In this document: positions 38,965-47,302 of the stretch, one piece after another
Position numbering within the stretch: position 1 is the stretch's first letter
Layout: the number at the start of each line of letters is the position of its first letter
Source of the DNA: an uncultured bacterium
GTDB taxonomy: Bacteria; Patescibacteriota; Minisyncoccia; Phycocordibacterales; GWA1-40-21
Assembly (NCBI GenBank): GCA_903831305.1
Contig: CAIKXE010000011.1
Location: forward strand, 12,002-76,001
DNA length: 64,000 nucleotides
Direction: 5' to 3'
Translations under genes and position numbers: made by a program
The notes under the pieces: model-generated
The model's database searches: none
Seen by the model: the letters and a program-made list of their open reading frames with translations, nothing else
What the model was told of the DNA's origin: nothing

Positions 38965-39290
38965 GACTTTTTATCTTTTAACGGTTCCACACTGCGATAG
39001 TAGAAGAGATTGATGGTTCGTGGATAACGGCTGATAACATTACCTTGAGCATCCTTCTTTTCAATAATTGTGATACTCTTCAAAGCTTTTGAGCCCTTCC
39101 TCGGGGCGTAACCCAGACTCAACCATTTACTAAACGGAAGAGCTGACCTCTCGGGAGAATAGTTCTTTAGTTCTGCTTTTCCCCAGATTTTTTCCACCTG
39201 CGCGGCAACGGCGTCTCTCGTTTTCTTGGAATCGTGCCAATTGGAAACCTTGGGTCCAGCCAAGATCTCGGCAATACTTAATACTGTCAT
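38958..39290 (-). CDS. ArdC N-terminal (DUF1738)-like ssDNA-binding protein
   Basis: PFSKWLSLGYAPRKGSKALK...INLF...V resembles ArdC-N TF.QW...G..V.KG.K. Confidence 0.6.
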   Translation of the reverse strand: MTVLSIAEILAGPKVSNWHDSKKTRDAVAAQVEKIWGKAELKNYSPERSALPFSKWLSLGYAPRKGSKALKSITIIEKKDAQGNVISRYPRTINLFYYRSVEPLKDKKSC

Positions 39291-39570
39291 TTGATTTATA
39301 GATTAATAATAAATTTACACGAGGGACTAACTCGTGTGCTATGAGGATCTATATCGACCTGATTCTCATTGATATAGTTTTAAATGGTTTGTGGTGATAA
39401 TTTAAAAGGGGGTATGGGGGGGGCTGTCTGATTTGTTCCATGGCCGGTAGCGGGTGGATAGGGGGAAACGACCCTATTTGTGTCCTGGGCTACTATTTTA
39501 AAAAAGGTGGGGGGTTGTTTCAAAAGTGTGTCTCCATAAAATTTCTGCCGGAATTTTTGGAAAAGGACGT

Positions 39571-39599
39571 TTGCCTTATTTTGACTTTGGAGCTATGAT
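39571..39599 (+). promoter_or_regulatory. sigma70-type promoter upstream of the structured leader
   Basis: TTGCCT-17 nt-TATGAT. Confidence 0.6.
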
Positions 39600-39636
39600 T
39601 ATGGAGTCGGAAAAATTGAATAAATAGTAATCTAAA

Positions 39637-39772
39637 TCAGAGAGTAAAATCTCTGACATGATGAAAAAATCTGCAACAGTTTAAAGAACCCAGCATATGG
39701 GGCTACTGTTGCAGTCATATCGGGAAACCGGTATGGAGGGCCACAAGCTCTCACCTATGTGCTGGGCTTTTT
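39637..39772 (+). ncRNA. unclassified structured RNA / cis-regulatory leader
   Basis: Five helices read by eye, two of them crossing (39671-80 with 39705-14; 39689-701 with 39754-66), plus a GAAA tetraloop stem and a 3' U-run. Confidence 0.55.
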
Positions 39773-39790
39773 GCGTCTAAAAATTAAAAC

Positions 39791-41803
39791 ATGCAAACAT
39801 TAAATCTTGATAATATTGAGACAATAATCGGCCACTGGGGAGAATTTAAAACAAATGCTCTGGAGCTTTTGGACAGGATGTTAGAATCATACCCAAATAA
39901 TGTAATTTTGTTACAGAATAGAGGATCCGTCTTAAATGACCGTGGTGAATTTCAAGAAGCAATAAATAATTCCGATAAATTGCTAGAGATTGATAGTCAA
40001 AATATAACGGCATTAAATAGTTTGGGGTATGCGCTGAGAAAGCTTGATAGGAATCAAGATGCAATTAGGATTCTTGATGAAGCACTTAAAATAGACCCTC
40101 AGAATTTAAATGCTCTAAACAATAAAGGTGTTGCTCTCAGTAATATGAATAAAAATCAGGAGGCTATCGAATTATATAATGAGATTCTAAAAATTGACCC
40201 GAGTTTTGAATATGCACTAAATAATAGAGAATATGCTCAAAAAAGTCTAAAAAAAGATAGCATTTTTTTAGGGAGTGATTTTGAGAATGCTATAAATCTA
40301 ATGAATGAAACGAACGGTAATCTATTTTTAACGGGTAGTGCTGGTACTGGAAAATCTACAGCAATTGAGTATTTTAGAAAAAAAACAAAGAAAAAAATTG
40401 TGATTCTAGCACCGACAGGTGTCGCCGCTTTAAATGTCGGGGGTGAAACGATCCATTCATTTTTTCATTTTGGCATCGATATTACCCCAGATTCTGTTAA
40501 AAAAAATGATTTGCTAAACCAAGGTAACGATATTTACAGGAATATAGACACAATAGTAATAGATGAAATATCAATGGTCAGGGCTGATTTGATGGATTGT
40601 GTAGATAAATTCATGAGGCTTAATGGTAAGGATGCTAATAAACCTTTTGGCGGTGTGCAGATTATACTTGTTGGTGATCCGTACCAGCTTCCACCAGTTG
40701 TCACAAAAGATGAAGAAGAACTATTCACTTCATATTATAAAAGCCCATATTTTTTTGATTCAAAAGTTTTTAGTCAAGCAGCATTCTTGTTTGTTGAGCT
40801 TAAAAAAATATATCGACAAAATGATTTGAAATTTATACAAACATTGGAAGCTTTTCGTCTTGGTCAATTTACTGGGAGTCATTTAGAATTGATAAATACG
40901 AGGTATTCAAGCCAGGCCTTATCTGAGCACGATTTACATATTAATCTTGTATCAACCAATGCTGTGGCAGATGCAATTAATAATAAAAGGCTTTCTAAGT
41001 TATCAACTAAACAATACATATCCACAGCTATGGTAACTGGAAGGTTTGATAGGAATCCACCAGCAAATAAAGAGCTACTTATTAAGGAGGGGTCAAAAAT
41101 AATGTTGTTAAAAAATGATCCGGGTGATAGGTGGGTTAATGGTGATCTTGGTGAAATAGTCAGTATTAAAGAAGAAAATAGTCAGATAAAAGAAATTGTA
41201 ATAAAGCTTGATGATAAATCGGAACATATTATCAATCGTATAACTTGGGAAAAAATCAAATTTTTTTACAACAGAAATACTAAATCGATTGAAACAGAGG
41301 TTATAGGCACCTTTACTCAATTTCCTATAAAATTAGCCTGGGCGGTTACGATCCATAAAGGTCAAGGTAAAACATACAAAAATATGGTTGTGAATTTTGG
41401 AAGAAGAACTTTTGCTCATGGGCAAGCATACGTAGCAATAAGTAGGTGTCAAAGCTTAGGTGGCTTATTTCTCACTACTCCATTAAGAAAGGATGATGTT
41501 TTAATTGACAAAAGAGTGTGCGAATTCATGGAAAGTAATATCTGTTCTGAAAAAGTAAACTCTAAGTCTCCAGAAAATGAACTAATGGGTCTCGTAGAAA
41601 GACAGGGGCAAGAATTAGGAGAATTTAGAAAGTTTTTTTCTGACATCGCACCACTCCTAGATAAACTAGATAAGAGTCCTGAAATTGTACAGGCGATTAT
41701 GAATGGAAGAATAACAACAGACATAGCTAAAGCTCTCACTGAAGATAATTTAAATCCTAAAGAAGCCCCAGAAAAAATTAATCCCAATGACATTCCGTTT
41801 TAA
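39791..41803 (+). CDS. TPR-repeat + PIF1/RecD-like SF1B helicase
   Basis: TPR repeats (ALNNKGVAL); GSAGTGKS, APTGVAA, TIHSFF, IDEISM, GDPYQLPP, TIHKGQG, GQAYVAISR. Confidence 0.92.
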   Translation: MQTLNLDNIETIIGHWGEFKTNALELLDRMLESYPNNVILLQNRGSVLNDRGEFQEAINNSDKLLEIDSQNITALNSLGYALRKLDRNQDAIRILDEALKIDPQNLNALNNKGVALSNMNKNQEAIELYNEILKIDPSFEYALNNREYAQKSLKKDSIFLGSDFENAINLMNETNGNLFLTGSAGTGKSTAIEYFRKKTKKKIVILAPTGVAALNVGGETIHSFFHFGIDITPDSVKKNDLLNQGNDIYRNIDTIVIDEISMVRADLMDCVDKFMRLNGKDANKPFGGVQIILVGDPYQLPPVVTKDEEELFTSYYKSPYFFDSKVFSQAAFLFVELKKIYRQNDLKFIQTLEAFRLGQFTGSHLELINTRYSSQALSEHDLHINLVSTNAVADAINNKRLSKLSTKQYISTAMVTGRFDRNPPANKELLIKEGSKIMLLKNDPGDRWVNGDLGEIVSIKEENSQIKEIVIKLDDKSEHIINRITWEKIKFFYNRNTKSIETEVIGTFTQFPIKLAWAVTIHKGQGKTYKNMVVNFGRRTFAHGQAYVAISRCQSLGGLFLTTPLRKDDVLIDKRVCEFMESNICSEKVNSKSPENELMGLVERQGQELGEFRKFFSDIAPLLDKLDKSPEIVQAIMNGRITTDIAKALTEDNLNPKEAPEKINPNDIPF

Positions 41804-41819
41804 TTATTATTATCAACGA

Positions 41820-42596
41820 ATGACAAAACTCACCCCTAAAACAATAATCTCTATCCTCCTACCAATAATGGTTATTCTTCTTGTCGTTAATTTTTTTCTT
41901 TATTATCACCCTAAATCAAAACCTATTCACCAGAAATGCCCTGACGAATACAGCACTGATGCCGCCGGAACAGCGGAATCCAATACCGCCTTTTATAAAT
42001 GGACTAATGATTTTTATGACAACTACCCACAAGCCACCGTGGCGGACTGGTCTAAGGCCAGAGTTCAGTTTTGGGTAGATAATGACTGTAAAGCCGCCCT
42101 ACAGAGATACAAAGAAGCAAAGGATGGCACAGTGGATACTGCCAAAATGAACGCTATAAAAATTATGGTGTCGGAAATGGTAGTTAATTCTAAATACGTC
42201 AGCGAACTGGGTTTCTCCTTTAATCTCCCAAACGGTATGTCGGTTATGGCCGATCCTGATGCCCCTCGCTTATTTATAATTCTGGATTCCTGGGATGCTA
42301 AGGGAGACCAAGACCCCGTAGCCGTGATAATAACCGCAACGCCAAATGATCCCTCACAAACACCTTTACAATGGCTTAATGGACCGAATTCTGGTGCTGA
42401 TATGTCAAAGGGATATACGACGATAAAGATCGACGGACAGGAAGCTATATCATTGAGGGAAGGGACTTGGGTTACCGTTAACACGCCGGACAGCAAAAGA
42501 CAGTTGAGTATTGCCACTCTTCCGTCCCTGGACCCTAGTTCAGAATTGATAGCGAAGATGAAATCTATCATAGATTCTCTTGTTTTTACTAGATAA
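41820..42596 (+). CDS. membrane-anchored hypothetical protein (PsbP-like C-terminal half)
   Basis: N-terminal TM helix; LGFSFNLP...IDGQEA...IIDSL.F pattern. Confidence 0.7.
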   Translation: MTKLTPKTIISILLPIMVILLVVNFFLYYHPKSKPIHQKCPDEYSTDAAGTAESNTAFYKWTNDFYDNYPQATVADWSKARVQFWVDNDCKAALQRYKEAKDGTVDTAKMNAIKIMVSEMVVNSKYVSELGFSFNLPNGMSVMADPDAPRLFIILDSWDAKGDQDPVAVIITATPNDPSQTPLQWLNGPNSGADMSKGYTTIKIDGQEAISLREGTWVTVNTPDSKRQLSIATLPSLDPSSELIAKMKSIIDSLVFTR

Positions 42597-42605
42597 TAAT
42601 TAATT

Positions 42606-43394
42606 ATGAATAAAATATTCAATAAGTTCACCATTGCTTCGTACGTTCTAGGTTTGATCACTATCTGTGGCCTTGGTTACTATCTTATATATCTAGATGA
42701 CGTTTCTTGCGATGGTAATAATGTGGGGGTAATTGACATAATTGGAGATATTGATATTTTAGAAGATTCAGAATACATCAGTGTGTCGTCGATAAACGTT
42801 GTTCAACAAATTCAAGATCTGGAAGATAACCCAGATATCAAAGGAATAGTGTTAGATATTGACTCTAGTGGCGGCCGATTAGAACCAGGAGAGGAGATAA
42901 TGCTGGCTATACAAAAAGTTTCCAAGCCAACGATAGCGGTGATTCGTGACACTGGTGCCTCAGCGGCCTACTTAATTGCCAGTGGTGCGGATAGAATTTT
43001 TGCTAGTCGTTTATCTAGTGTGGGCTCAATTGGAGTTACGACCGACTTCTTAGACACCAGTGAAAGAGATAGGAGAAATGGTGTTATTTTCTATGACCTG
43101 TCATCCGGTATTCATAAGGGGGCCATGAAAGAGAATAGTCAACTTACTTCTGCCCAAAAGCAAGTGATTATGGGAGATATAATGAAACTTTATGAGGTCT
43201 TTGTTGAATATGTAGCTAAAAATCGAAATTTATCGGTAGAGAAGGTAAAAAACCTGGCAGATGGGCGTGTCTACGTGGGTGACGATGCTTTAAAATTTGA
43301 ACTTATAGATCAAATAGGAGGTATGCCAGAAGCGACGGAATGGCTGGAAAATAAGATAGGAGAGGAAGTGAGTTATTGCTATTTGGGAGAGTAG
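42606..43394 (+). CDS. sppA: signal peptide peptidase SppA (S49), copy 2
   Basis: IDSSGG, ASAAYLIASGADRIFA, VGSIGV, ADGRVY, LIDQIG. Confidence 0.9.
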   Translation: MNKIFNKFTIASYVLGLITICGLGYYLIYLDDVSCDGNNVGVIDIIGDIDILEDSEYISVSSINVVQQIQDLEDNPDIKGIVLDIDSSGGRLEPGEEIMLAIQKVSKPTIAVIRDTGASAAYLIASGADRIFASRLSSVGSIGVTTDFLDTSERDRRNGVIFYDLSSGIHKGAMKENSQLTSAQKQVIMGDIMKLYEVFVEYVAKNRNLSVEKVKNLADGRVYVGDDALKFELIDQIGGMPEATEWLENKIGEEVSYCYLGE

Positions 43395-43417
43395 TAGGAC
43401 TAGTGTATCATGTAAGT

Positions 43418-43978
43418 ATGGCTGAATTAATTGAATATTGCTTTGCTATAACCACTAAAAGGTTCAGACAGGACCTGCAGCGAGTAAAGGAGCAAGGAAA
43501 GAGTGTAAGTGGCTATATTGATATAAAACACGGGAATAAGACATCTGTGGCTGATTATACTGTGGAATATGGCACTGAATATGACTATTTAGTGATCCAT
43601 AATGCCGGAGTGGAGCAAAGAATCAGGCTTGTGGACGGTCAACTAAAGTTGGGGGTCAGAATCTGGTTTTTGTGTGAGTGCGGGGCACATATGGCCAAAC
43701 TATACCTACCACCCGGCGGTAAGGAGTTTAAATGCCGAAAATGTCACCATTTGGTATACCAAAGATCCAGTATTAATAAGAACAGTAAACATGGGGCTTT
43801 TATTTATAAAAATAGTCTTATATTAAAGATTATGGCGATGAGGGAAAACTTGGGACGTATATTCTACTGTTCAAAATACACCAAGCGCTTCAAACGTTGG
43901 CTTGATTTGTGTGATAAGGCCGGACTGACAGACGAGAGGGTGAACGCAAATAATCTTATGAGCGGTATTAATCGTTGA
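43418..43978 (+). CDS. zinc-ribbon hypothetical protein (mobile-element type)
   Basis: WFLCECG...KLY...FKCRKCHHLVY; ATG 6 nt after TATCAT. Confidence 0.7.
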   Translation: MAELIEYCFAITTKRFRQDLQRVKEQGKSVSGYIDIKHGNKTSVADYTVEYGTEYDYLVIHNAGVEQRIRLVDGQLKLGVRIWFLCECGAHMAKLYLPPGGKEFKCRKCHHLVYQRSSINKNSKHGAFIYKNSLILKIMAMRENLGRIFYCSKYTKRFKRWLDLCDKAGLTDERVNANNLMSGINR

Positions 43979-44100
43979 TATCAGTAGATTTAGATAATCA
44001 CAGTGGATTTAGTGTGTTTGGAGCTTTAATAGCCATTAGTGGGTATATACAGGGGGCGGAAAAATCCGTAATTATCTTAGAAGTTACGTGTGGCCAGATT

Positions 44101-44134
44101 AAAAACACACCGCTTGTTTTACGGCGTGTTTTTT
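44101..44134 (+). terminator. terminator-like hairpin at the accessory/core boundary
   Basis: AAAAACACACCG...CGGCGTGTTTTTT. Confidence 0.5.
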
Positions 44135-44214
44135 GTTAATAGGTATGCTATATTTTACCTATGTTAATAAGGGTGGGGAACTGTTCCTATCTTAATAACA
44201 CCTCAAACATTGTC

Positions 44215-45717
44215 ATGGAAAATAAATACAAAGCGACAATAGGGCTGGAAATACATGCGGAGATGAAGACCAAAACAAAGATGTTTTGTGCTTGTAAAAA
44301 CAATCCGGATGAGGATAAACCCAATGTAAATATCTGCCCCATCTGTACCGGTCAGCCGGGGACCTTGCCGGTGATAAATAAGCAGGCGGTAAAGAATGTG
44401 CTGAAAATGGGAGTGGCGCTAGGGGCTAAATTGGCGGATTTTACGGAGTGGGATCGGAAGAATTACTTTTATCCAGATATTCCAAAAGGGTATCAGATCA
44501 GTCAGTATAAATATCCGCTTATCACCGGCGGTAGACTAAATGGTATAAATATCACTCGGGTGCATTTGGAGGAGGACACGGCTAAGTCCAGTCATGATCA
44601 AGGGGAGTTTTCACTAGTGGATTTTAACCGAGCTGGGGTGCCTTTGATGGAGCTCGTGACTGAGCCAGAGCTACATAGTGGTAAGGAGACGGCGGATTTT
44701 GCGCGTGAGCTTCAGTTGCTTTTACAATATTTAGGCGTGGGCGATGCGAATATGGAGAAAGGTGAGATGCGTATTGAAGCCAATATCTCCGTCAGTACCA
44801 CGGACAAGCTGGGTACTAAAGTGGAAGTAAAAAATATAAACTCTTTCAAGGCGGTGGAAAAGGCGGTGGCTTATGAAATCGACCGCCATATTCAGGTACT
44901 TGAAGGTGGTGGTAAAATAGTGCAGGAGACCAGGGGTTGGAATGAAGATAAACAAATCACTTTTACCCAGCGTCTAAAGGAGGATTCTCATGATTACCGC
45001 TATTTCCCTGATCCGGATTTGCCAAAGATGAAGATTTCCGAGATGACTGAATTTTCTGCAGAGAATTTGAGTAAAGAACTGCCAGAATTACCTTGGCAGA
45101 AGCGGGAGCGCTATGAAAAGGATTATGGTATAAAGGCGGTGGATGTAGAGATATTTGTTCGTCCCGGAATTATCAGTTCCTTCTTTGAAAAAGTGTGTGC
45201 GGATTTTGCGGGTGATACCCGTCCGACCGAGTCATCCGGGCGGGAAAACTTAATTAAATTAGCTTCAAACTACATTATTTCAGACTTGTTAGGTTTGATG
45301 AAAAATGTATCAGAAAAAGTCGGGGAGAATCCTCTCCGCTTAACGGAGTACCTAATCGCTCCGAGGAATCTCCCCGGCTTTTTAACAGATAAAGATTTTG
45401 CTAATCTGATAAAGATGGTAGCAGAGGCCAAGATTTCTTCTCGTGGCGCCAAGGATATTTTAAAGATTATGTTTGAACAGGGTGGAAGTCCGGCTGAGAT
45501 TGCGGAGAAAGAGGGTTTACTTCAAAAGAGTGATTTAGGTGAATTAGAAAAGATTGCGGAGAAGATTATTACAGATAATCCCAAAGTAGTGGCAGATTAT
45601 AAGGCCGGTAAGGAAGCCGCTCTGATGTCACTTGTTGGCCAGGGGATGAAGGCCACTAAAGGCTCTGGTAATCCGGTGGTTTTGAAGGAATTGTTTTTGA
45701 AATTGTTGGTCAAATAG
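44215..45717 (+). CDS. gatB: Asp-tRNA(Asn)/Glu-tRNA(Gln) amidotransferase subunit B
   Basis: IGLEIH, TKMFC, DRKNYFYPD, HLEED, NRAGVPLMELVTEP, YRYFPDPDL; start set at MENKY. Confidence 0.97.
   Translation: MENKYKATIGLEIHAEMKTKTKMFCACKNNPDEDKPNVNICPICTGQPGTLPVINKQAVKNVLKMGVALGAKLADFTEWDRKNYFYPDIPKGYQISQYKYPLITGGRLNGINITRVHLEEDTAKSSHDQGEFSLVDFNRAGVPLMELVTEPELHSGKETADFARELQLLLQYLGVGDANMEKGEMRIEANISVSTTDKLGTKVEVKNINSFKAVEKAVAYEIDRHIQVLEGGGKIVQETRGWNEDKQITFTQRLKEDSHDYRYFPDPDLPKMKISEMTEFSAENLSKELPELPWQKRERYEKDYGIKAVDVEIFVRPGIISSFFEKVCADFAGDTRPTESSGRENLIKLASNYIISDLLGLMKNVSEKVGENPLRLTEYLIAPRNLPGFLTDKDFANLIKMVAEAKISSRGAKDILKIMFEQGGSPAEIAEKEGLLQKSDLGELEKIAEKIITDNPKVVADYKAGKEAALMSLVGQGMKATKGSGNPVVLKELFLKLLVK
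45218..45244. repeat. in-frame palindromic insert in gatB (1)
   Basis: CCCGTCCG...CGGGCGGG hairpin encoding TRPTESSGR. Confidence 0.6.
45314..45383. repeat. in-frame palindromic insert in gatB (2)
   Basis: AAAAAGTCGGGGAGA...TCTCCCCGGCTTTTT long inverted repeat with an inner hairpin. Confidence 0.6.
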
Positions 45718-45739
45718 TGTATTATTAGAGAGTGCCTAG

Positions 45740-45871
45740 TAAGATTAAGATTAATTCTTTTTTCTTTGCACGATAATAATTTTGTCGTCACAAAATTATT
45801 TCTCTACTCCCTCACTTTTTTGCTAAAAAGTTCAGTCCGTAAGGCACGAAAAAGTATTAATTATAATCTTA
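45740..45871. repeat. MITE-like intergenic element with terminal inverted repeats
   Basis: TAAGATTAAGATTAATTCTTTTT matches the reverse complement of the right end at 20/23 positions; inner AATAATTTTGT-CGTC-ACAAAATTATT hairpin. Confidence 0.5.
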
Positions 45872-45881
45872 TAAAAAAGTA

Positions 45882-46394
45882 ATGGTGTCATCCAAAACAA
45901 AAAAAGAAATAGTGCATATTGGGGCGGATCATGCCGGCTATTATTTGAAGGAAGCACTGGTAGATTATTTGAAAAAACTCCATTATGAAGTGGTGGATCA
46001 TGGCGCACACTTTTTTGATGAATATGATGATTATCCGGATTTTGTTGGTCCGGTGGGTAAGGCGGTGTCAGACCGGCCGAGTGTGGTAAAGGGGATTGTG
46101 ATCGGTGGGTCTGGCCAGGGTGAGGCCATGGTGGCTAATCAGTTTCCGGGCGTCCGAGCGGTAGTCTTTTACGGTAATAAATTTTTAAAAGGTTCGGATA
46201 TTATCAAATTATCACGCGAGCATAATGATGCCAATGTGTTGTCCTTGGGGGCCAGGTTTTTAACAACCGGGGAGGCCAAGCGAGCAGTGAAAACCTGGCT
46301 TACCACTCCTTTTTCTGGTGAATATAAACACCTCCGCCGAATTAAAAAGATTGAAAAGGTTTTACGTGAGGTACGTTTAAAGAAGAATTTTTAA
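45882..46394 (+). CDS. rpiB: ribose-5-phosphate isomerase B
   Basis: GADHAG, DYPD, GGSGQGE, REHNDANVLSLGAR, HLRRI. Confidence 0.93.
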   Translation: MVSSKTKKEIVHIGADHAGYYLKEALVDYLKKLHYEVVDHGAHFFDEYDDYPDFVGPVGKAVSDRPSVVKGIVIGGSGQGEAMVANQFPGVRAVVFYGNKFLKGSDIIKLSREHNDANVLSLGARFLTTGEAKRAVKTWLTTPFSGEYKHLRRIKKIEKVLREVRLKKNF

Positions 46395-46398
46395 TAGC

Positions 46399-46545
46399 AC
46401 ATAAAAATATAAATATCAAAATTTTGTGCAGAACATTTTTCCAGCGAAAAATCTTCTTATTCCTCGCTGATTTTTTCGTCTCAGAAGCCGAAACCAAGCA
46501 AAATCAGCTGCGGCACCCAAAATTTTAATATTCTTATTTTTATGT
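46399..46545. repeat. MITE-like intergenic element with 28-bp terminal inverted repeats
   Basis: ACATAAAAATATAAATATCAAAATTTTG matches the reverse complement of the right end at 25/28 positions. Confidence 0.6.
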
Positions 46546-46557
46546 TAGAATAGTGTT

Positions 46558-47286
46558 ATGATAGAAATAATACCCGCCATATTACCAAAAGATTTAGAAG
46601 ACTTGAGAGACAAGATGGCTCAAGTGAGTGGTCTGGCGCCTTTGGTGCAGATAGACATTTGTGATGGTAAATTTGTTCCGAGTAAGACCTGGCCTTATGT
46701 GAAAGGTGGTATGGCCGAGTTTGAGGGAATTATCACCGAGGATGAAGGTTTCCCTTTTTGGGATTCTCTGGATTTGGAGATTGATCTCATGGTCAGAAAT
46801 CCTGGGGATGTGGTGGATGGTTGGATCAAGGCCGGGGCAAAACGGCTAGTTTTACATTGGGAGTCCGCGCCAAATATTTTAGAGATTGTGGAAAAACTGC
46901 GCGCCGAATATGGTACCGCTAGAGAGGAGGCCTTTGGCCTGGAGATTGGTGTAGCCCTAGACATCCGGACGCCCAATGAGGAGATCTATGAAGTGTTGGA
47001 TCTGATAGATGATGAAGGTAATTGCATTATTGATTTTGTGCAGTTTATGGGAATAGACAATGTGGGTTACCAAGGTCAGGAATTTGATGATTTGGTTTTA
47101 GAAAAAATTAGTGATTTGCGTGACCTGTATCCCAATATTCCGATCAGTGTGGATGGCGGTGTAGGCTTTGATAATGCGGCGGATCTGATTTCCGCTGGGG
47201 CTACCAAACTCATTTCTGGTTCAGCTATTTTTGACAGTGGTGACATTGCCGAGGCTATCCATAATCTGGCTAATTCGGGAGAATAA
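46558..47286 (+). CDS. rpe: ribulose-phosphate 3-epimerase
   Basis: IIPAIL, QIDICDGKFVP, DLMV, FMG...GYQGQ, VDGGV, GSAIF. Confidence 0.9.
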   Translation: MIEIIPAILPKDLEDLRDKMAQVSGLAPLVQIDICDGKFVPSKTWPYVKGGMAEFEGIITEDEGFPFWDSLDLEIDLMVRNPGDVVDGWIKAGAKRLVLHWESAPNILEIVEKLRAEYGTAREEAFGLEIGVALDIRTPNEEIYEVLDLIDDEGNCIIDFVQFMGIDNVGYQGQEFDDLVLEKISDLRDLYPNIPISVDGGVGFDNAADLISAGATKLISGSAIFDSGDIAEAIHNLANSGE

Positions 47287-47302
47287 ATGTTATAATTAAA
47301 AT

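Larger units (their letters stand above)
37893..43978. mobile_element. remnant of an integrated phage/plasmid-like element (boundaries uncertain)
   Basis: ArdC-like, SymE-like and SSAP-like operon divergent from a helicase, ending in a Zn-ribbon gene; no integrase or att pair seen in the window. Confidence 0.45.

Noticed and set aside
44067-44088. Possible att/dif core CGTAATT-N8-AGTTACG at the accessory/core boundary
   Set aside because: Imperfect 7-bp arms, poor match to the dif consensus, and no partner site or recombinase in the window
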